From NCBI GenBank assembly GCA_951406725.2, contig OX597817.1, positions 3,720,001 through 3,784,000 on the forward strand: a stretch of DNA of 64,000 bases, read 5' to 3'. Under the pieces are notes generated by a model. That model was not told where the DNA came from. It saw only the letters and a list, made by a program, of their open reading frames with translations, and did no database searches. Positions 53,863 through 64,000 of the stretch are shown here, one piece after another. Origin of the DNA: Octopus vulgaris. Its lineage: Eukaryota. The position numbers and the translations under genes were made by a program. Positions within the stretch are counted from its first letter, which is position 1; the number at the start of each line of letters is the position of its first letter.

Positions 53863-56800
53863 CGTGTCAACGGATTATGGTCTATTCAAAAGTGTAGAAA
53901 AATGCTATACCCAACGCTTATGAATAGAAGCGGTGTCAGTCAGAAGAAAACGTCCATTTGCTGTTCTTACTGGAGCTATTGAAGAAAAATTTGGACCATA
54001 TACCTACTTAACATAAGAGTTCAAATCTTTGGCATCATTTCTATTAACTGCTTCTTGTGCCCCTTTTGCTCTATCATTCCACCATTCCTGTTTAATTTTC
54101 CCTAGAGTAGTCTGCACTTTCCTTTTCAACTTTCTGTAAGTTTCGTTTGAGTTGGGGTTCAAGGACTGAGAAGAAGTGTATTGCCTAAGTTTTGTTTTTC
54201 TAAAAGTAGATCATGAATTTCTGTTGATCTATCTGACAACCAGTCACTGGATTTATGAAATTTATATCCCACTGACGAACTTGCAGTCTGAAATACTTTT
54301 GTGTTTAAATCTTGCCATAGATTGTTTGGGTCGTGTATGAAATTGATCTTTTTTCTATTTCAGTTATTACATGTTTTTTTGTCTTATGAAATACACACAT
54401 ACAGGAGTAGTAAATCTATATATAACACTTTGAATGTGGCTCCCGAGAAAGAGTAAAAGTAATTACCCGATCAATGTTGGGTATTACTGCTAGTGTCTTT
54501 ATAACTGTAACGCTACATTAACCAAGGATCCTTTCCTTAAGTCAGCAGTATGCGAATTTGTGAGTTTTGGTGGCTATTTCTTGTAAGTCGGTCGACTATC
54601 TAGAGACTTCTACCTTGAATCTATAATTTGTTTTCTTTTAAATATGTGTTTATACGTTGTTGTCAGCACGCACATGATTCGGTAATTAAATATCTGACAA
54701 ACAGACTCATACAAAGAGTTGCAGGTACAATATATTTAAGCGGGAGAAGAGAAAAGTGAGAGATGAGAAATTTAATGGGAGGAGAACGGGGAGGCAGTGT
54801 GTTTTCGGCCACTGTATGTGCTTGCGTTGTGTGTATACGAATAACTCTATGTATACTTGTATTTATTCATTTACGCATTTACACAAATATACACATTTAC
54901 AATACCAGTGTGTGTATGTATATGTTTGTGTATTTGTGTATATGTTTATGTATATGTTTATGTGTATTTATGTGTATTTATGTTTATGTGTATTTGTGTA
55001 TATGCTTATGTATATGTTTGTGTATTTGAGCGTGTGTGTGTATTTACATATGTATGTACGTATTTATATGTGTATATATATGTATGTATATGTATGCATA
55101 CACATCTGATCCAGAGATATAAGTGTGCACAATCGTCGAACGTTATATTTCCTATAGAGTTATCGAATAAGTACCTTGATATATGTGTTTGTAAGAAAGC
55201 GTGTCCGTGAGGACACGTTTTTACATGTATATGTCCGAGTGTATTTGTTTAGAAATATGAATTGATCATATTTTCTATGTTTGTGGAGATATACTTTGAA
55301 AGTGTATATTGTGTATGAAGCTTTATAAATAGGAGTATGTTTGATGTTGTTATTCACGCTCCAACAAACATCATGAAATAGCTGTAAGGGTTTAATATGT
55401 TATATAACTGACCACTTTATTACAACTTCAAACTTTGCTACATGTATTATATACAGCTCCAAGAAGACGCTCTTAACACTAGGTTTTTGCTTGTCCACTC
55501 GAAAAAAAAAAAATGTAAATGTTTGAACCTCTTACGTAACTTCTGATGTTAGAACAGTTTTCGCAGTTAATGTCTTGGACTGTTGACTACATCATTACGA
55601 CTACTAAAATATGCTTTCGCCATTGTGCAGCTTACAGAGGCCCTAGGCAAGAAGCATTATTACCCAGCTTGCGTCAAGCTGCCGATCGGAAAGGCCATAA
55701 TAACAAAAAATAGATAAAATAAAAATAAATAATATATAAAATACAGAAAAAATAAAATATAAAAGAAACTTAAAAATGTCTTCTCCACTTCAACTTCACG
55801 GTTGAATGATTAGAGGTAGGAAGTGCATGAACATGTGAAAACAGTTGCACCAGCTAGATGCAAATTAACAAAACAGAATTGTAATAATAATAATAATAAT
55901 AACAATAGCAACAACAACGACAAAAATGATAACAACAACAGCAATAACAACAATATTAAACAAAAAACATCAATAACAACAACAACAACAATAATAACAA
56001 AAATAATAATAATAATAATGATATCCATTCTCAAAGCAGTTTGTAAAAACATTGATGTAAACCTAACAACTAAAAGCAACAAGAAACATCACTTGAGTGT
56101 TACTGTGGTGACAGAGATGGATAAGTAGTGAAGCATGAGAAAAGAAAACAGGCTAAATGACGTGATGCTGGTTGAGTGGAGATGGTTGTGGGGGAATAAT
56201 GGCAGATGTAGAGTCGGTGGTGTTGGCGAAGGTGGCGGGCGAGATAGTGATACCGTTAGTGTTGCTTCTGCCTTCATAGATTGTTTGCGGTGGTTATTTC
56301 GATAATAATGTTAAGGGTGGATGATGTAGCAATGCTGGTTTTTGGTGTCTTTGTCGGTACAGGTATTCGTGTGATCACAACGACGATGTTGGAATATTAG
56401 TGAGTATTTTCAGATGGTTACTGATAATGGTAGCGGTGGTGATGCAAGTGACAGAGGTGGTGTTCTTGGTAGAATTGGGGCTGTCTGTTTAGATAGTGAT
56501 ACACATTTTTTGATTTGTGGCAGTGTTGCCTTTGATTTGGTTCACTAGAATGTTGGTCATTTTAGGTTCTATAATAACGGTAGTTTCAGTAATGGTTGTT
56601 AATGGTGTAAGTTTTAAAACTGCGGGCACTGATATGATTATTTATGATGGGAGTGGTGTGCTATTGAATTTTGATATTTCGGAGCTCATTCTACGTTAAT
56701 TATAATTTGGTGGAGGAAAGAAAGGTGGTAGGGTTTGGCTTTACTGAGTCGTATTATTGATGGTAATCTAGGGATAGGTTGTTACTAAAAATGGTGCCGA

Positions 56801-57609
56801 GCTGTTATTAGTTTGAAGACATATGGTACTTTATCAGTGGTGATGGTGGAGTAGATATCAGAGTTGAAAGCATTCGCTGTTATTTAGATCTCTCATCAAC
56901 ATCTTCATGTATCACTTGAAGAGGAACGTGAGAGTAGAGAGGGAAGCCTAGTGAATGCTTCAAAAAAAGAAGGATGAATGTTGCAAGGATGGCACATTTG
57001 AATGACGGAGCCAGCTTGAGCTTAACCCTATGAACCAACTGAAAAAAAAAAACCAAGGAAAAAAGAGGGCCACTTACTGTAATGTGTTTTCCCTTTGAAT
57101 GACACTATTGCCTAAGGTTCCCGTGGTCTTTTCCGTAGGCTTTTCTATACACAGACAAACCTAATCTGTTTTCCCCTTTTACATTGACATTTCTGTGATA
57201 CACGATCTTTATTGATCGGTCCAATTTTTTTAACGATCCCTTTTGATCGGAATTCGCCCGCCCCCTTTTTTCCTTCTTCCCAAAAAGAAAAGCTCTACCT
57301 TGTATTTTGTCCCTTCTGTGTTCAGCCCTGCGTGGCCAATAAAGAAATCTATCTAGATTACAGATCAACCTTGATGGAGCAAACATATGATCAAAGGTAT
57401 GGCACGTTACCCATCCCAACCTCTTAAAAGTACCTAAGATTAATTTATTAAACGTCTTTTCATTTAAAAGGAAACGAGATGTTATGCGAGAGGTAAAAAA
57501 TTGGATTACTGTTGCTTATAAGTCTACCGATCATGAAGAATGGCTTTGTTTTGGTTTATGATAATGTTGTTGACATTGTCATTTATGTGTTAATATCAAG
57601 AATTAAGAT

Positions 57610-57830
57610 AAGGTGGCGAGCTGGTTGAAAGGTTAGCACACCGGGCAAAATGCTTAGCAGCATTTTGTCTGTTTTAATGCACCGAGCTCAAAAGGCTGCT
57701 GGTGCCGACTTTGCTTTTCATCCTTTCGACGTCGATAAAATAAAGTACTATTTGAACACTCGGGTCGATGTAATCGACTTACCCACTCCCCAGATATTAT
57801 TGGCCTTGTGCTAAAATTTGAAAACAGTAT
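57610..57830 (+). mobile_element. SINE family B
   Basis: aggtggcgagctgg..ttagcacaccgggcaaaatgcttagc..ttttcatcctttcg. Confidence 0.8.
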
Positions 57831-60800
57831 CAAATCGATAGCAAATCGATTTCAATAGTATTTTCTTACATTTGATACCACAAGAAGCATGAGAAGAACA
57901 GTGCACGTCGATTTCACTGGGTTTTCAACACTTGTGTGTATGATATTTAAATGAAATTACAGAAGGTTGATAATTATAGGCAAGATGTGTATTGGCAGAA
58001 TGTATCAAATAGTTGAAGCTTTAGGTAGAAAAACTTGCATTAACTGGATACCACAGGATAAGAGTAGAGATTGCGTTGGAAAAATGTCATGCATCTCATA
58101 CACTTTACAGGGATGGTACATAGCTCCCTAGTTTAGATGATCAGTCTAAGTATAGATAATGGTAGAAGCTATGAAATGACACACTATTCCGTTGGTTAGT
58201 GATTGTATCCTGATGGTGACTTTAGGATTTACTGTAAATTAAATGGAACATATTGCGATGAGGTTGAAAATATCATAGTTTGGATGTGTTGTAGCAGCTC
58301 TGACCTACATTCTTGAGTTGTAATTTAATGACAACAGATCGATTTTGAAGCAAAGAACTGATGAGGCCTGAAGTCTTTTCTTATCCCAAAGATAGAGTTT
58401 ATCTTTTGCGAAGTTTGATGTGTGGTCGTAATTTAAAAACAAAACAAGTATTTCTAAAACTTGAAAAAGTTTATTTCAGAAGTGATTTGTTAATGAGGAA
58501 TTGTGTGTATCGCTGCAGGTGTACGCTTTTAAATGACGAGTATAAACAGTTTCCATATCCCCCTTTGAGAGATGTTATCATATCTATTCTTCATAGAAGT
58601 CAAGCAAGGCTTTTGTAGTCTGCCAGCGAATGACGCTTGTGTGAAAAATTGATTCAGGTATAGCGCTTGTTATCAACATCAATGTCTGCGTAGTTAATAA
58701 GGGTATATGGGTTTTATTGAACTGAGAGCAGTCTGTCAGGAAAATGCTGATTCAAGCAATGAAAGTTAGATGCGTTCTAGGCAAATCCAGGAAGAACAAA
58801 CACATGAAGAACAACAATGCTGCTTTGTCTGAAATTCTGAATGGGCTATACGACTGATGTGTGCCATTTGAAGGGAGCTTGCTAGATGATCTGGTGCTCC
58901 AGAATACAAAGGGGAGATCACAGAAAATGGAAAAAGACTAAAGGCACTAGCACACGAGTTTTCGACTATTTCTGCCATTTTTGAGATGTCAGCAATGAAA
59001 GGAATAAATTTCTAATTAAAAGATTGAAGAATTAAATGATACACTTTATGGAAAGAGGTTTATATAAGCTTGGTACATACCTAGAGAAAAAAGAAGAACG
59101 ACAGACAGCCAGAGAAAGAGCAAGAGAGAGCAGAGTAGGATGTAAAGGAGGGCTCTATGAAATTAGGTACCAGTTTTGAATTACCCTCATTTAGTCATAT
59201 AGTAGAAGTATGTTCACAATTCAATTAATAACTTTATTCAACCGACGATACTGGAGTAATATTCAAAAATAGATTTTGCTTTTATAACTGATATAGTACA
59301 TATTAGTCACGTATTAGTACGTATTGGAATACTGATTTTAGTTGAGCGTTGATGATAGCCGGTAATTTCGTATATGTTTCAAGAACATTTTAGAATATAC
59401 ATTGATTTTTTTCTGCTGGTGTGATGTTTTCACAGCCAACTGGTTACAATTAGTGAAGAGGGAATTTATCCAAGATATTCTATTATATAAAATGGCATAA
59501 ATGACATAATTTTGATGGTGTTATTTTTGTTTCTGCATCTCTTGTTTATCCACAAACGAACTCTGTTCAAACTGACACCATCTTTCAGGAGGAGGTAAGG
59601 CAATAAGATTTTCCTGTTACACTTTACTATCAATGATGTTGTAAATGAAGATCACATCCATATATAGATTCCTGCTATAATCCACGAAGACTTTGTATAA
59701 ATGCGAATCGTGCAACTACGTAGATATTCTCATTATTCTTATATGATGCTGATGTTATATTTTCGTATTTGTCGTATCTCCGTTCTTAGTTACAGTCTCA
59801 GGAGATATAGCGAGTAGGGTTCAAATTGCTGATGTTGACGGTTAGAATGATGATGTTGATGATGATATTACTTATAATAGGAGTGAAAGATTTGGTGATA
59901 TATAACATTGGATATAACACTATCCTTCTGGGAGGAAATTGAGCGTAATGCATTTTTGTACGATGATGTAATATCGTGGGCATTTCCATCGTAACCATCT
60001 GCACCGTAGACGTCATCTTTTTGCAACCCATCTATCATTGTATCTTTCTTCCTAATATTCTATTCCCTGCTACTCCATTCCCTCCTCCTTACTATCATCG
60101 TCTTTTATTTTCCCTATTGTGCATAGCAACAACCTAAGAAGAATAAACTGTATATATCTCTTTGTTTACATCAATATGTATTTCTGGAAGATGAGTATCA
60201 TCTTCTTACATAAGACGAATCCACTTGAAAATTATATCTTTTCCACTGGAATATCATGCAGTTTTGATTGTTCTTAGATTTGATTTGATGGTTGACATAA
60301 ACAGTAGAACGCTGAGAAAATGACTTACAGATTTTAGTCTCGAACTTTAATGCATTTAGCTTCAATTCAGTCAGTGTAACTAGGATATTCATAGTTTAGT
60401 AGTTGCACCCTGATGGAGTGTATGCATTATCTTACAGGTTTTTGCATATCTGTTTAGTGTTGAGGTACGAATGTATTATGATCTGTCATATACAGAAGAC
60501 AGCAATACGCATTAAGTAATTTATATACAAAAACACTTATATATACATTTTACTTGTCATATATCGAACATTCGCTTTTGAAATGTTTTCAAGGCTACAA
60601 GTATTCCTGCCACTAGATTGTTCTTTCATATTATTTAGCATTTACATTTACAAAAGTATCATATGGTGATAGAATGCTAAACATTGCAGTCCCTTAATAT
60701 TTGAATATTACTATAATTGTGTGAGAATATAGCTAGATAAACATGTTAGCTTTGTTATTGACGTAACTATTAGACTAGGAAATCTTATGGCTGAATTTCT

Positions 60801-62410
60801 ATGCAGTTGGGATGTCAGAGCTAAGTAATCTGTGTTACATATAGCGTACAGAAGAAGTAAGTTTATCTGTACTAAGGTCTGAACTCAAGCGTATAACACG
60901 TTCATTTGATACGCTTGTTTAAAAGAAATTAAGACTGTTAAATGGAAGCTCGAACTACGTTTATATTGTAACACAGATAATTAGCAAATTCTTCATAAGT
61001 TATAATGGACTAAACATTCAAATTGTATAATAGTGATTAGTTTAAGGTAAAATTTAACTTAGATAAACAAATACAATCGCTGTGTGTATATGTGTGTGGA
61101 TAAATATCTACTGATTACATATATAATAATATGGTTAACAACAAGTATTCCTTAAAAAATCATCTGCAAAAAAATTTCGCCAAGGTGTTAGAGTGCTTTG
61201 TGGCCAAAAATAAAGATTTTGACAAAATCAGGTTACTATCCACACAAATTTAAATGAAGAACGTCCATTTAATGATTTCTTGTATGATGTATGAGGATAC
61301 GGTTATAATGCATAGTTATATAATTAACTTGGAAACATAAGTAAAAAAAAATTACAAGAGCATAATTCAGAAGAAAATCCCAAAACTTAATTCTCGTATG
61401 GGCCAGAAGTTCTTGTATCTAAATTACACAAGTGAACATTTGTTGGTAAGTAAGAAGTTCTCACATTTTATTATTTATCTACTTTGCTTGTTTTCTTTTT
61501 CCTTTTTTTTCTTATTTGTCTTTCAAATAACGTATTTGACTGTCACAAGCCTTTTGTTACAGTATTGTATTTTGCCACTTGAAATCCACTATTCAGTACC
61601 GTCAATCGATTATTATGTCAGCAATATCAGTGAGCCAAGTTTCATTGCTTATTTCTGCAATCGAGTTATCGTTTAATAATAGAAAACATTTTGATGTCAA
61701 CGTCCTGCGTCAACAGAGTATATAGTTGCACGTGTACAGAACTTCTGTTCAAGCGGATAAACATAGTAAATATGTGACGTGGGTAGGTTTCTAAACATGG
61801 GAATACTTGAAATAATCAAAACAAAGAATGAACAACTATCAGATCTGCTAAAAGATTTTGCTTCATTTTGACATATGTTCACTCGCGCGCGCGCGCATAT
61901 ATGCACATTGAGACAAACACACACCCATACATACACACACACACACACACACACACGCGCGCACCCCACACATACACACGTATATTTATAGGCGAATTGG
62001 CTGAATCATTGCAGCGTGGGACAGAATACTGTGTTGAATTTGTTCCGACTCATTTCACTCTGAGTTCAGAACTGACTGAGGTCAACTTTACCTTTCATCC
62101 TTACGTGCTTACCACCAGCCCGCATAATCTCATAAATGAGATGACGAATCAACGGTGAAGATCCTTAACAATGTGAATAACTTTAACCTGTGTGTGTCAT
62201 CACTCCACATCTTGCACATGTTGCAACACATGTTGCAACACATGTTGCAACTCGTTGTCCTGGTATAGTAATTTTTGTTTTTCACCTTGTTATTTGGTTT
62301 AGAGCCTTGGTGCACACTGCGAAAGCACCTGCCCCAGTCACTCTTGTTATACCCTTAATACTATGTGTAGGGCATGTAGAAGTCTCTCCTAATTTCTTCG
62401 AAAATACAGG

Positions 62411-62574
62411 TAGGCGCAAGAGTGGGTGTGTGGTAAGTAGCTTGCTTACCAACCACATGGCTCCAAACTCAGTCCCACTGTGTGGCACCTGGGGCAAGTG
62501 TCTTCTACTATAGCCTCGAGTCGACCAAAGCCTTGTGAGTCGATTTGGGAGGCGGAATCTGAAAGAAGCCCGTC

Positions 62575-62615
<41 letters not shown>

Positions 62616-62880
62616 GAGAGAGAGAGAGTGAGAGAGAGAGAGAGAGAGATGTATGTGTGTGTATGAGTGTGTCTGTGTTTGTCCCCCCACTATCGCTTGA
62701 CAACCGATGTTGGTGTTTTCACGTCCTCTTAACTTAGCGGTTCGGCAAAAGATATCGATAGAATAAGTACTAGGCTTACAAAGAATAAGTCCTGGGATCG
62801 ATTTGTTCGACTAAAGGCGGCGCTCCAGCATGGCCGCAGTCAAATGCCTGAAACAAGTAAAAAGAATAAAAGAATAAAAG
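62411..62880 (+). mobile_element. SINE family A, full length
   Basis: tRNA-like head, CORE-like gcacctggggcaagtgtctt, internal (TA)(GA) array, 3' aaggcggcgctccagcatggccgcag..tgaaac and (AGAATAAA) tail. Confidence 0.9.
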
Positions 62881-63511
62881 TATAACTATCTCCCTTGCCC
62901 TTTACTCGATGAAATTTTCGAGCGAGAGAAACTGTCTTTCATATTTTCGTTGTGGTAGCTGACCCATGATCGAGTATTACTTTCTTGATCAGAACACTCT
63001 TAAAAAATGAGTGACTAGTGCTGCTTTTGTTTGCAAGCTTAGCGTTCTTGTTCTCGTGCTTGTTCGAGCGTGAATGCTGAAGCATACAAACGTAACTTGC
63101 TGTGCAACTATCATTTCATTGTTTATCTAACATTTTTGGTCACATCTTTGTCTTTATATGTAAAATTTTCAATTTTCTCTTTTGATATTTTATAATCTTT
63201 TCCGATGCCGCCATGTTAGTGACAAGCGCCTCTTCCCGCTCTTTCGGAGGAAGCCATATTAAATCAAGAGCAAACGATGTTACCAAAGCAGAAATTCTAA
63301 AGAAAAAAAAACAAAAAATCTCAAAACACAATCCTTATTTTTCCATAAAAATTTAATGAGGCAGACGCTGAAACATTCAAAAGCCCTCTGTTGTCAAAAC
63401 AACGCAGAAAAAAAAAAAAAGAATCCCTTCCACCGATTAAATTTAGCAAATATAATTCTTTACCGCTATTGTATTATACACCTACGTTGGCTGCAACCAG
63501 CATTAACGAGC

Positions 63512-63529
63512 TACTGCTGCTGCTGCTAT

Positions 63530-63571
<42 letters not shown>

Positions 63572-63699
63572 CACTACCGCCGCCGACGCCGCCACCACTA
63601 CTACCGCCGCCACCACCACCACCACCACCACCACCACCACCACTACTACTACTACAGCAAATAATAATAATAATAGTAGTAATAATAATAATAATGATG

Positions 63700-63736
<37 letters not shown>

Positions 63737-63834
63737 TAATAATAATGATAATAATGATAATAATAATGATAATAATAATAATAACAATAATAATAATAAT
63801 AATAATGATAATAATAATAATAATAATAATAATG

Positions 63835-63881
<47 letters not shown>
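63512..63881. repeat. Compound trinucleotide microsatellite (CTA/CCG/CCA/TAA)
   Basis: Direct inspection. Confidence 0.95.
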
Positions 63882-63884
63882 CGT

Positions 63885-64000
63885 TTCTACTATAGGTACA
63901 AGGCCTGAAATTTTAAGGTAGAATCTAGTCAATTACATCGACCTCTGCTTGAGTAGTGCTTATTATATCGACCCCGAAAGGATGAAAGGTACAGCCAAAC
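63885..64000 (-). mobile_element. SINE family B, partial (runs off window)
   Basis: atcgaccccgaaaggatgaaagg is the reverse complement of the family B domain. Confidence 0.75.

Noticed and set aside
57062-57427. Possible MITE bounded by aagagg/cctctt
   Set aside because: Only ~6 bp of inverted match and no second copy or TSD in the window.
58353-58385. CTGATGA-ggc..gtc hammerhead-like start (also CTGATGA at 19094 and 35506)
   Set aside because: No GAAA directly after a stem II and no stem I/III, so not HHRs.

Overview
AT-rich, gene-poor eukaryotic DNA, most likely intronic or intergenic sequence of an octopus or other coleoid cephalopod. That assignment is inferred from the tRNA-derived SINE families and the microsatellite load. 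No host protein-coding exon could be identified confidently, and nearly all recognisable sequence is transposon-derived. It includes two Neptune-type Penelope-like elements (PLEs; RT + GIY-YIG), CR1/L2-like LINE pieces, R4/Dong-like and RTE LINE pieces, a Ty3/gypsy 5' LTR with gag, a FLYWCH-MULE, mariner and Tc1 relics, a non-autonomous Helitron, at least four SINE families and many (TA)n/(TAA)n arrays. The most striking feature is ribozyme density. There are about 10 type I hammerhead ribozyme (HHR) motifs from about 8 sequence-unrelated families, including U3-A8 and C4 core variants, mostly in small non-coding elements sitting in (TA)n arrays. Several of these elements have the PLE-like inverted partial terminal repeat. 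One is a tRNA-headed (Pol III SINE-like) HHR element and another is a 354-bp circularly permuted retrozyme-like unit. An HDV-like ribozyme candidate lies at the 5' end of a non-autonomous RTE derivative. Folds and alignments were read by eye, and boundaries of degenerate elements are approximate.
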